From Patescibacteria group bacterium (GTDB lineage: Bacteria > Patescibacteriota > Minisyncoccia > Phycocordibacterales > UBA9973): 64,000 bases of DNA. The position numbers were made by a program, and so were the translations under genes. This document shows, piece by piece, positions 1 to 8,379 of the stretch. Position 1 is the stretch's first letter. Each line of letters starts with the position of its first letter. The notes under the pieces were generated by a model. That model did not search any database. It was not told the DNA's origin and was given only the letters and a program-made list of their open reading frames with translations. The DNA lies in assembly GCA_038063915.1 (NCBI GenBank), contig JBBTUE010000001.1:107905-171904 (forward strand), read 5' to 3'.

Positions 1-174
1 GTAGTGTCTGACCCACTATATGGCGGAGCCAAAGAAAAAGCCTTAGGAATGAAGCGCCTTGCTCTCCACGCTTACTCTATAACTTTTCGCACATTAGATG
101 GTAAAGAAGTAACAATAGAGGCGCCACTCCCAAACGACTTCAAGAAGGCAGTAAAAAGCTACCTAAAACCTTAG
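1..174 (+). CDS. RluA-family pseudouridine synthase, C-terminal fragment (5' end outside window)
   Basis: Frame 1 translation ...RLALHAYSITFRTLDGKEVTIEAPLPNDFKKAVKSYLKP* matches the conserved C-terminal motif of RluA/RluD-type pseudouridine synthases; stop TAG at 172-174. Confidence 0.5.
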   Translation, partial: VVSDPLYGGAKEKALGMKRLALHAYSITFRTLDGKEVTIEAPLPNDFKKAVKSYLKP

Positions 175-179
175 GTTTC

Positions 180-623
180 TTGCTTAAAATAGCTATATAT
201 GATAAAGTGGGCCCTATGGTAACAGCGGAATTAACTAAAAAACAATTTACTTCAGTAGATCAAGCGAGCCGGAAATCTCTCGATTTTAAGGCAGGTGATA
301 CTATCCGTGTATGGAATAAGATTCAAGAAAAAGGTAAAACTCGCCTCCAAGCTTTTGAGGGCCTAGTTCTTGCTCGTAAACATGGCACCGAAAGCGGAGC
401 TACTTTGACTGTACGCAAAGTCACATCAGGAGTTGGAGTTGAACGTATTTTTCCACTTTATTCTCCCAATATAGACAAAATAGAAGTTCTCCGTCACTCA
501 AAAACTCGCCGAAGCAAACTCTACTATATACGTACAAAGGCTGTGAAGGAAGTGAAGAAAAGATTAAAGAGTGTCACTCTTTCAAAAGAAGAGTCGGCTG
601 AAGCATCAACTAAAGTAGAATAA
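180..623 (+). CDS. rplS: 50S ribosomal protein L19
   Basis: Translation contains DTIRVWNKIQEKGKTRLQAFEGLVLARKHG...TLTVRKV..GVGVERIFPLYSPNIDKIEV, typical L19. Track start is TTG at 180; an in-frame ATG at 216 (MVTAELTKK) is an alternative start. Confidence 0.85.
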   Translation: MLKIAIYDKVGPMVTAELTKKQFTSVDQASRKSLDFKAGDTIRVWNKIQEKGKTRLQAFEGLVLARKHGTESGATLTVRKVTSGVGVERIFPLYSPNIDKIEVLRHSKTRRSKLYYIRTKAVKEVKKRLKSVTLSKEESAEASTKVE

Positions 624-630
624 TAATAAT

Positions 631-714
631 GCCCAGGTGTTGAAACTGGTAGACATTTATCCTTGAGGTGGATAAGCCAGCAATGGCGTGGAGGTTCGAG
701 TCCTCTCCTGGGCA
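631..714 (+). tRNA. tRNA-Leu (anticodon GAG), long variable arm, no encoded CCA
   Basis: Acceptor GCCCAGG/CCTGGGC, anticodon stem TATCC/GGATA with loop TTGAGGT (U33, GAG, G37), long variable arm GCCAGCAATGGCGT, T-arm GGAGGTTCGAGTCCTCT. Confidence 0.85.
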
Positions 715-746
715 CAAAGGTTATATTTCTAGTATAATATCTAGGC

Positions 747-1319
747 ATGATTACATTCCTACTCTATATCTTAGTTTGGATACTTATAATAATATTCTTA
801 GTATCTCTTATCCTTTTTATAATAATGATGATTTCTGGGTATCGTGCCAAAGTTCCATTTGTGCCAGTTCCGAATTCAATACTCAAAGATATTTTCAAAG
901 CTCTTAATATAAAGGATGATAGTATACTATATGATCTTGGTTGTGGTGAAGGACGTGTACTTTTTTATATATCACGACTAGTTCCAAAAGCTAAATACAT
1001 CGGCATAGAGAATAGCACATTTCCGCTCATTCTTGCTCGAGTGCGGGCGTGGTGGCACAGAAAAGTAACAGGTAAAAAAATAAATATAATAAATAGTGAT
1101 TTTTTTAATCACGACCTTTCTGACGCTACGCATATATTCACCTATCTATATCCAAACGTTATGGACGATCTTTTACCAAAGTTGGATAAGGAACTAAAAA
1201 AGGGAACTAGATTAGTATCGGTTACTTTTAAATTTACAGCTAAACAACCATCCTCTGAGATAGACTTGAAAAGAGGCAAATATCAACTAGCACAAAAGAT
1301 GTATGTCTATGAATTTTAG
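747..1319 (+). CDS. membrane-anchored class I SAM-dependent methyltransferase
   Basis: N-terminal hydrophobic helix followed by SAM-binding motif I LYDLGCGEGRVL and a Rossmann-like pattern. Confidence 0.5.
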   Translation: MITFLLYILVWILIIIFLVSLILFIIMMISGYRAKVPFVPVPNSILKDIFKALNIKDDSILYDLGCGEGRVLFYISRLVPKAKYIGIENSTFPLILARVRAWWHRKVTGKKINIINSDFFNHDLSDATHIFTYLYPNVMDDLLPKLDKELKKGTRLVSVTFKFTAKQPSSEIDLKRGKYQLAQKMYVYEF

Positions 1320-1341
1320 CTTGAAATGATATACTATAATA

Positions 1342-3465
1342 ATGATCAATGATGAACTTATTGCCTATATTCAGACTCAAACTCGAAAAAATATTTCAAA
1401 AGATACAATTGTATCCAAACTGACAAATACTGGATGGCATGCAGATGATATTGATGAAGCTTTTCGCAAACTCACACCACCTAAAATAGTAGAAAATCCT
1501 ACTACTCCAACAGTAAATAAAGCACCTGTCATATCAGATGGCCCTGACTTATACAGAGAACTACCAGGGCGTGACGAACCTGGGGCCATGAATTTAGCCG
1601 AGGTCCTTGGAGGTTCTGCTCTACAAAACGAGCCAGGACCAATAAAACCGATATTTAGTACAAGTTTCAGCGAAGCAAATCCTAAAAATCCAACCCCATC
1701 TTACTATATACCAGATAATGTCACACCAAGCGATAAGAAGAAGGACGAAAAAAATGAAACCAATATAAATTTCGGAGTTATGAGGCCGAAATTAGTACAA
1801 GTACCTCCATCTCAAATACCGAATCCTCCTACTCTTCCACCAAGCCCTTCGTTTAGCCAACCAAAGCCACAAAATTCTGATGGAGAATTTCTACCATCGT
1901 TAAAGCCTAAAACTGTGTCCAGTGCCATAGAATTAAAAGATTTCAAACTGAATGAAGATAAAGCATCTACTCCTTCTGTGATACCTCAAAATGCCATTCT
2001 TCATTCTTATCCACAAATACTGTCTTCGTCGGTGGATGCTCAGGAGTCATTTTTTACTAGAAAGAAAAAATCACTACTAAAGATATTAATAATAGTATTA
2101 ATAATAAGCTTCATTAGTGGCGCTATATTTGTATTTGCAAATAATTATATAAAGCTACCATCTTTCAACTTTCCATTTATAAAAAAAGACCCCAAAGTCC
2201 TCCTTGCTAATGCCCCGACTATATTAAGTAGTTTGAAATCATACAAAATAGAGACAGTAGTCACTTTATCTACTCCACCATTTGCTGACATTACCAACGG
2301 TTTAGTTAGTGGAGAGGCAGTCCCGTCCCATCAAAGAGATTCTATATCTCTAAGTGCAAAAGGTAGTGTAAATAATAATAACCAATCAACGCCTACGTTT
2401 GATTATCTAGCAAACATAAGAAGTTCACTTCTTAAAAATGATATTTCTTACGGTATTAAATATATAGATAATAAAGTATTCATTACGATGCCTAACTTAG
2501 TAGCCTTCTTAGGTAGCAACGCACCAAAAGAAAGCGTCGTCGTCACTGATCAAACCCAAACTGACTCCATGGTCGGATTGTTACCGGTGAATATTCAATC
2601 AAAAGCAGAGAAAGTAGATATTAATAAGTTTTTATCAACAATATTACCGTCATATATAACCGATGAAACAGCGTCAATATTTAAGGATTTTGTTTTAGAA
2701 TCAAGTGTTCTTGAGAAAGATCCAGAAAAAATTCATGGCGTAGAGGCGTACTATTATGTGCTAAATTCTAGTAGACCTTCTCTAAAAAAACTCCTCAATA
2801 GTTTTGCTGTTATTTTTGCTAAAAATTTATCGTCCAATGATAGTAGCTACCTGAGTGATCTCGCAGGATCTATAACAATAGACAATCTAGGAGTGTGGAT
2901 AGGGAAAGATGATAGTAATATTCACCAATACGAATTCACTCTCTCAGCTCCGCTCTCGAAGGTAATTGGTTTAGAAGACAAGGGGATAGCTGGTAATACC
3001 GTAAGCCTTAACTGGAAGACAACATACTATGACTTTGATATTACAAACAATATTGAAATTCCTCAGACAGCAATAACAACGTCAGATTTCATAAAATCCA
3101 TCAAGGATATGGAAATAAAAAATCTTATATATGACTTCAAACCAGCTGCGGACACTCTACATAATGCCATCGGTAGTTTTGGAAAACGTAGTAATATAAA
3201 TGGAAGCTGTACAACCCCCACTTCTGGTTCGCTGTTTTCTCCAGTCGGACACCCTAAAGGTGCAAATAATGCAGTCAGTAATATATCAAGTGTTATAACT
3301 GGAATCTTAGATAAGAATAGTGGAGTGCTTTCTTGTTATTCAACCCCAAATGCTTGGGCACTTTCTCTACCACTTGTAAGTAACCCAAATTCATTCTTTT
3401 GTTTAGATAGCACAGGGACAACTGAAATATTAAATACTTCACTTACTAGTACAGCCTGTAAATAA
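1342..3465 (+). CDS. hypothetical single-pass membrane protein (707 aa)
   Basis: Long ORF; N-terminal cytoplasmic region, Pro-rich linker (PPSQIPNPPTLPPSPSFSQPKPQ), TM helix LLKILIIVLIISFISGAIFVFA, ~400 aa extracytoplasmic domain ending with Cys-containing segment CYSTPNAWALSLP...FFCLDSTG...TAC. No family recognised. Confidence 0.5.
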   Translation: MINDELIAYIQTQTRKNISKDTIVSKLTNTGWHADDIDEAFRKLTPPKIVENPTTPTVNKAPVISDGPDLYRELPGRDEPGAMNLAEVLGGSALQNEPGPIKPIFSTSFSEANPKNPTPSYYIPDNVTPSDKKKDEKNETNINFGVMRPKLVQVPPSQIPNPPTLPPSPSFSQPKPQNSDGEFLPSLKPKTVSSAIELKDFKLNEDKASTPSVIPQNAILHSYPQILSSSVDAQESFFTRKKKSLLKILIIVLIISFISGAIFVFANNYIKLPSFNFPFIKKDPKVLLANAPTILSSLKSYKIETVVTLSTPPFADITNGLVSGEAVPSHQRDSISLSAKGSVNNNNQSTPTFDYLANIRSSLLKNDISYGIKYIDNKVFITMPNLVAFLGSNAPKESVVVTDQTQTDSMVGLLPVNIQSKAEKVDINKFLSTILPSYITDETASIFKDFVLESSVLEKDPEKIHGVEAYYYVLNSSRPSLKKLLNSFAVIFAKNLSSNDSSYLSDLAGSITIDNLGVWIGKDDSNIHQYEFTLSAPLSKVIGLEDKGIAGNTVSLNWKTTYYDFDITNNIEIPQTAITTSDFIKSIKDMEIKNLIYDFKPAADTLHNAIGSFGKRSNINGSCTTPTSGSLFSPVGHPKGANNAVSNISSVITGILDKNSGVLSCYSTPNAWALSLPLVSNPNSFFCLDSTGTTEILNTSLTSTACK

Positions 3466-3466
3466 T

Positions 3467-3886
3467 ATGCATATTTTTCTCGTGAATTTTATCAGTTTGC
3501 TAGGTTTGTTTGGATTTTGTTTATCATTCTACTTATTTTCTAAAAAAAAGAAAAAAAAGAAATTGATATGTCCAATGAAATCAAACTGCGATACAGTTAT
3601 ACACTCCGATTATTCTAAAATTCTTGGTATACCAGTAGAAGTTCTTGGTATGATCTACTATGCCCTGGTTGGTAGTTCCTATAGCATATTGTTTGCTCTC
3701 AATATTTGGACCACGCCGATTGCTCTGGTATTACTTGGAGTCAGTATGTGCGCTCTACTATTCTCAGCATATCTCGTGTCTTTACAAGCGTTTATTATTA
3801 GACATTGGTGTACTTGGTGTTTATTCTCAGCTCTCAATTCACTCGTTATCTTTATCCTCTCCTACCTACATTTATATACGTATTAA
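3467..3886 (+). CDS. vitamin K epoxide reductase (VKOR) family protein
   Basis: TM1, loop Cys pair (CPMKSNC), ILGIPVEVLGMIYY segment and active-site CxxC (WCTWC) in the last TM helix, the VKOR pattern. Confidence 0.65.
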   Translation: MHIFLVNFISLLGLFGFCLSFYLFSKKKKKKKLICPMKSNCDTVIHSDYSKILGIPVEVLGMIYYALVGSSYSILFALNIWTTPIALVLLGVSMCALLFSAYLVSLQAFIIRHWCTWCLFSALNSLVIFILSYLHLYTY

Positions 3887-3956
3887 ATTAATAGATCCTA
3901 GATTTATAAGTCATTTTCTGGTATAACAGGGTAATCCGACGAAGCTCGGATATTAT

Positions 3957-4032
3957 GGTGCCTATAGTGTAATGGTTAGCACTAGAGTTTGTGGAACTCT
4001 CAGTTCGGGTTCAAATCCCGGTAGGCACCCCA
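3957..4032 (+). tRNA. tRNA-His (anticodon GTG) with encoded G-1 and 3' CCA
   Basis: G(-1) at 3957 opposite discriminator C; acceptor GTGCCTA/TAGGCAC; anticodon stem AGAGT/ACTCT with loop TTGTGGA (GTG); T-arm TCGGGTTCAAATCCCGG; CCA 4030-4032. Confidence 0.85.
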
Positions 4033-4242
4033 ATCATTTTTTTCTATGAAAGATTTTTTAGTTATTATAATCTGGATGAGTTGCGGAGTTACTTTCGAAG
4101 TATTAAACTAGAAATAGTATCAGAAAATATTGTTAATTCAGGAAGAACAAACTGGATTAACGTTATAAGTAAAAAGACAAGTTAGCACTATACTATATAA
4201 TAAAAAAGCTGATCATTTTGAATCCAACTTGATATATAAGAG

Positions 4243-4989
4243 ATGTCTGACATTATTATAATTTTCATCACTTCACTCATAGCAACCCTACTCTCCTCCA
4301 TGTCTGGTGGTGGCGCTTCAGTGATCACTATACCAGTTATGATGTGGATGGGGATATCGTTTCCACTTGCATTATCTGCCCAAAAATTTTCTTCTATATT
4401 TTGGATGTTGCCGGCTTCGCGTAATTATTTAAAGGACCGCAAAATTGACTGGAAATTTATCTTACTTTTCAGCCTTCTAGGATTACTTGGGGTTTATATT
4501 GGAGTCACTTGGGTATTGAAAGTGGACCAAAGAGCCATGGAATTATTTATAGGTACCCTTATCCTTGCTCTAGTTGTATATACGTTCCTAAGGAAAAATG
4601 TTGGATTGAGAGAAGAAAAAATATATTCAAAATTTAAAAAGACACTTTCATATCTATTTGCGCCAATATTAGGATTCTATGAATCTATTTTTGGCTCAGG
4701 GAATGGTATTATGTTTGCTATTGTCACTCTAAAAACAAGAGGTTTTGATTTTGTAGATTCGCTTGGTTATTATTACTCCGTGGCATTTCCATGGCAAATA
4801 TTTACTGCAGCTCTATTCATACACAAAGGCTATTTTAGTTCTGAGGTGATAATTCCTACGGTTATAGGATCGCTGATAGGTGGGTATGCTGGTTCTAAGT
4901 ATGCGAAGTATAAGGGTAATAAATTCATCAAACTCATGTTCGTATTTGTTGGCACGATTTTAGGGGTAAAGTTATTGATTGGATTTTAA
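4243..4989 (+). CDS. TSUP (TauE/SafE, DUF81) family membrane permease
   Basis: Multi-TM protein with N-terminal SGGGASVITIPVMMWMG motif and internal repeat typical of TauE/SafE 4+4 TM transporters. Confidence 0.55.
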   Translation: MSDIIIIFITSLIATLLSSMSGGGASVITIPVMMWMGISFPLALSAQKFSSIFWMLPASRNYLKDRKIDWKFILLFSLLGLLGVYIGVTWVLKVDQRAMELFIGTLILALVVYTFLRKNVGLREEKIYSKFKKTLSYLFAPILGFYESIFGSGNGIMFAIVTLKTRGFDFVDSLGYYYSVAFPWQIFTAALFIHKGYFSSEVIIPTVIGSLIGGYAGSKYAKYKGNKFIKLMFVFVGTILGVKLLIGF

Positions 4990-5015
4990 GGTCAAGTTTT
5001 ACTCCATACTGTATT

Positions 5016-5042
5016 TTGAAATAGTCTAGAAGTTGCTATAAT
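5016..5042 (+). promoter_or_regulatory. candidate sigma70-like promoter (TTGAAA - 15 nt - TATAAT) upstream of 5064 CDS
   Basis: TTGAAA at ~5016-5021 and TATAAT at ~5037-5042; spacer is short (15 nt), so weak call. Confidence 0.3.
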
Positions 5043-5063
5043 GCCATATAGCAGGCGCGCCCC

Positions 5064-5552
5064 ATGAAAAGCTCACTCAAGAAAAATAAAGAAAAAACTA
5101 AATTAAAAAAGCCCAAGCTTGTAATGGTTAGTGGTGGTTTCGATCCAATACATCATGGGCATGTGCGATATTTCCATGAAGCAAAGAAATTGGGGGATAG
5201 GTTAGTGGTTGTTATAAACAACGATCATTGGATCAAACTTAAAAAGGGTAAAGGATTTATGAGTGCTAAAGATCGCGCAGAAGTAATACGTGGGCTTCGT
5301 GATGTCGACAGTGTAGTAATATCTAGCCACAAAAAAGGTACGAAAGATATAAGTGTTTGCGAAGATATTAAAAAAATCAGACCAAATATTTTTGCTAACG
5401 GTGGTGATAGATTTGCTAATAACGTACCTGAATTTAAAATTTGCAGAGATTTAGGAATCAAGATGGTTTTTAATATTGGTAAAGGAGGCAAAGTTAGAAG
5501 TTCCTCAGATTTGCTCAGAGAGTATTCAAAATATCTAAATAATAAAAAATGA
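5064..5552 (+). CDS. cytidylyltransferase-fold nucleotidyltransferase, RfaE domain II / heptose-1-phosphate adenylyltransferase-like
   Basis: HIGH-type motif VSGGFDPIHHGHVRYF, then LGDRLVVVINND...KGKGFMSAKDRAEVIRGLRDVDSVVI, matching the HldE C-terminal / TagD cytidylyltransferase family pattern. Confidence 0.6.
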   Translation: MKSSLKKNKEKTKLKKPKLVMVSGGFDPIHHGHVRYFHEAKKLGDRLVVVINNDHWIKLKKGKGFMSAKDRAEVIRGLRDVDSVVISSHKKGTKDISVCEDIKKIRPNIFANGGDRFANNVPEFKICRDLGIKMVFNIGKGGKVRSSSDLLREYSKYLNNKK

Positions 5553-6211
5553 AACTTGGACCACTATATATTCCGAAACAGATTTTAATATTATTACTTT
5601 TGGCTGTGATATTAAATCTGGCTCGAGTTGCTATCTTCGATTCTTTATATTTTATCTATTTGTTATGGAATATATTCTTGGCCATATTGCCTTTCATCGC
5701 AAGTTCACTATTACTAAACTATTTTAACAACAAGAGACTTACTAAAATCACATTCACAATAGGTTTTGTAGCATGGCTGTTACTATTACCGAATGCACCA
5801 TATATAGTAACCGATATGATTCACCTTGGACGTGGAAGGAGTGCCATACTTCTATACGATACATTCCTCTTATTTAGTTCTGCTTGGGCAGGGCTTCTTT
5901 TAGGCATATACTCTATATCACACATCGAGAAGATAATTAAGTCTAAATATTCAAGTAAAGTAACATCTATACTTGTCGGGTTTATTATCTTATTAACTTC
6001 CTTTGGGGTGTATCTCGGTAGATTTTTGCGTTTCAATAGTTGGGATGTTATATCTGACACGTCATTTTTATTTAAGAATCTATGGAGTGTTGTCTCTAAC
6101 CCAAATGAATATATAGATGCTTATCTTTTTACGGGTCTCACTTTTCTTTTCATCTTTGTATCTTATAGAGCTTGGAAGTATACACAAATAGAGCCAAAGA
6201 GTAATATCTAG
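5549..6211 (+). CDS. hypothetical polytopic membrane protein
   Basis: ~6 predicted hydrophobic helices; start overlaps stop of upstream gene (ATGA). Confidence 0.45.
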   Translation: MKLGPLYIPKQILILLLLAVILNLARVAIFDSLYFIYLLWNIFLAILPFIASSLLLNYFNNKRLTKITFTIGFVAWLLLLPNAPYIVTDMIHLGRGRSAILLYDTFLLFSSAWAGLLLGIYSISHIEKIIKSKYSSKVTSILVGFIILLTSFGVYLGRFLRFNSWDVISDTSFLFKNLWSVVSNPNEYIDAYLFTGLTFLFIFVSYRAWKYTQIEPKSNI

Positions 6212-6267
6212 TTTAGTATTTTTTATGTTATAATAAAGATATTAATAACACCTAATATTATTTATAT

Positions 6268-6822
6268 ATGAATCATATTCAATATGAAGAGGCTCCCTTT
6301 GCAAAGTTTATCTTTGGCAATACAAAAATGTCTTGGTTCTGGTTACTGGCTCGAGTATATGTAGGGTGGGAATGGTTTCATGCAGGTTGGACTAAGTTTG
6401 CTGGCACAGGCTGGGTTGGTGACGGAGCCGGTAATTCTATCTCAGGGTTTGTAAAAGGCGCTCTGGCAAAAACTACAGGAGCTCACCCAGATGTGCAAGG
6501 TTGGTATGCAACATTTCTTGAAAATGTAGTTTTACCCCATGCTTCATTTTGGTCACACTTAGTTGTATATGGTGAGATTCTTGTTGGCGCTGCTCTCATA
6601 CTTGGGATATTTACAGGTATCGCTGCATTTTTTGGACTCTTCATGAATCTGAACTTTATGCTTGCAGGAGCATTAAGTACAAACCCAATTTTATTTACAC
6701 TAAGTATAGGGTTAGTATTAGCTTGGAAGATAGCAGGGGAATTTGGAGTCGATCGTTACTTATTGCCTGCACTTGGCACATATTGGCAACCTGGAAAGCT
6801 TTTTAAACCCAATAATATCTGA
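6268..6822 (+). CDS. DoxX/DoxD-like family membrane protein
   Basis: WLLARVYVGWEWFHAGWTKF motif and 4 TM helices resembling the DoxX family; TGA stop. Confidence 0.45.
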   Translation: MNHIQYEEAPFAKFIFGNTKMSWFWLLARVYVGWEWFHAGWTKFAGTGWVGDGAGNSISGFVKGALAKTTGAHPDVQGWYATFLENVVLPHASFWSHLVVYGEILVGAALILGIFTGIAAFFGLFMNLNFMLAGALSTNPILFTLSIGLVLAWKIAGEFGVDRYLLPALGTYWQPGKLFKPNNI

Positions 6823-6856
6823 CCCATATACAATCTAGGTGTGATATAATCTCAAT

Positions 6857-7210
6857 ATGGCAGGTAAAATTGACATTTATCAAGAAGAAAGACCTTGGGG
6901 GAATTTTCGCAAATTTACAGATAATACTCCTTCGACGGTGAAAATAATAACTATTAAACCCAACGAAGAATTGAGTCTACAGAGCCATGAGAAAAGGTCA
7001 GAATTCTGGCGTGTAATATCTGGTAGTGGAGTTTGGGAGATTGACGGAGTCAAGCACGATTTTAATATTGGTGACGAAAAACTACTTCCAACTTCTGCAA
7101 AGCATAGAATCATTGCTGGCAAAGATGGTATTTCTATCCTTGAGATATCAGTAGGTGAATTTGACGAAGAAGATATTGTGCGTTATGAGGATAAATATGG
7201 ACGGGTATAA
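6857..7210 (+). CDS. cupin domain protein, mannose-6-phosphate isomerase type II C-terminal-like
   Basis: EERPWGNFRKF...TIKPNEELSLQSHEKRSEFWRVISGSG...G matches the PMI type II cupin fold. Confidence 0.6.
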   Translation: MAGKIDIYQEERPWGNFRKFTDNTPSTVKIITIKPNEELSLQSHEKRSEFWRVISGSGVWEIDGVKHDFNIGDEKLLPTSAKHRIIAGKDGISILEISVGEFDEEDIVRYEDKYGRV

Positions 7211-7213
7211 ATT

Positions 7214-8377
7214 ATGGCAAAGATAATTAAAAAAATAAAAACTAAAAAAACACCCAAAAAAAGTCCACTAAAAAAGCGTGTCACTAAAACTGTAATTAAA
7301 AAATCAAAAGTTAAAATAAAATCTAAGCCCAAAAAGGTAGTTCTTAAAAAAAGAATTTCAAAAAATTTACCAGTAAAGCTCGAGCGCAATATTAACAATC
7401 CGATAATCAAACCAAGTTTCTATCCATGGGAATCTAAAGCGACATTTAATCCAAGTGCGTTTGAATCCAACGGCAAGATTCATATTGTATATCGCGCTAT
7501 AGGTGAAGACGATTCATCTGTGATCGGTTATGCTTCAAGTTATGATGGTTTAAATATTGAAGAGCGACCAACACATTCCATATATCAAAGATTTCATCAA
7601 GTAGTAAAAATAGGCGAACCAATAGACTATATCTCTGGTGGTGGCTGGGGTGGTGGTTGCGAAGATCCTAGGCTGACACTTCTAGAAGATACGGTCTACA
7701 TGCTCTACACTGCATTTGATGGTTGGGGTTCTGTACGTATTGCTATGACCTCGATAAAACTTGAAGATTTCAAGAAAAAAAAGTGGAATTGGGAAAAACC
7801 AGTAACTATTTCACCTCCAGGTGAAATCAATAAAAACTGGGTTCTTTTTCCTGAAAAAATAAATGGTAAGTTTGCAATCCTACATAGTATATCCCCAGAA
7901 GTCATGATTGAGTTCGTAGATAACTTAAATTATTTCAATGGAAAGAATTTTATATATAGTATTAATCAATCAGACCCTCGCTGGCAGTTGCGCGAAAAAG
8001 GCATAAGAGGGGTAGGCCCATCGCCAATTAAGACAAAATTGGGCTGGCTAGTCCTATACCATGCTATAGAAGATAATGATCCCAACCGCTATAAACTCTT
8101 TGCTATGATTCTCGACAAGAATGACCCGACAAAAATACTTTATCGATCAAAAAAGCCAATCCTAGAGCCAGATGCCTATTACGAAAATGAAGGATACAAA
8201 AGTGGTGTGATCTACTCGTGCGGAGCAGTCATTAAAGACGGTACATTTTTTGTTTATTATGGTGGGGCTGATATGGTCACATGCGTTGCCTCTATAGAAC
8301 TTGATGAATTATTAGAAAGTTTAAAGAAAGATAAATTTGTAAAACTTAGAAATAATAAACTACAGAGAGTTCTATAG
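7214..8377 (+). CDS. GH130-family (DUF377) glycoside phosphorylase-like protein with N-terminal Lys-rich tail
   Basis: Residues 1-50 are K-rich (KKIKTKKTPKKSPLKKRVTKTVIKKSKVKIKSKPKK); then NPIIKPSFYPWESKATFNPSAF..GKIHIVYRAIGEDDSSVIGYASSYDGLNIEER, the GH130 5-bladed propeller signature. Confidence 0.6.
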   Translation: MAKIIKKIKTKKTPKKSPLKKRVTKTVIKKSKVKIKSKPKKVVLKKRISKNLPVKLERNINNPIIKPSFYPWESKATFNPSAFESNGKIHIVYRAIGEDDSSVIGYASSYDGLNIEERPTHSIYQRFHQVVKIGEPIDYISGGGWGGGCEDPRLTLLEDTVYMLYTAFDGWGSVRIAMTSIKLEDFKKKKWNWEKPVTISPPGEINKNWVLFPEKINGKFAILHSISPEVMIEFVDNLNYFNGKNFIYSINQSDPRWQLREKGIRGVGPSPIKTKLGWLVLYHAIEDNDPNRYKLFAMILDKNDPTKILYRSKKPILEPDAYYENEGYKSGVIYSCGAVIKDGTFFVYYGGADMVTCVASIELDELLESLKKDKFVKLRNNKLQRVL

Positions 8378-8379
8378 AT

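Noticed and set aside
524-907. Track ORFs 524..748(-) and 668..907(+)
   Set aside because: They overlap the tRNA-Leu gene (631-714) and have no protein-like features; spurious.
3991-4185. Track ORF 3991..4185(+), 64 aa
   Set aside because: Starts inside tRNA-His (3957-4032); no motif; spurious.
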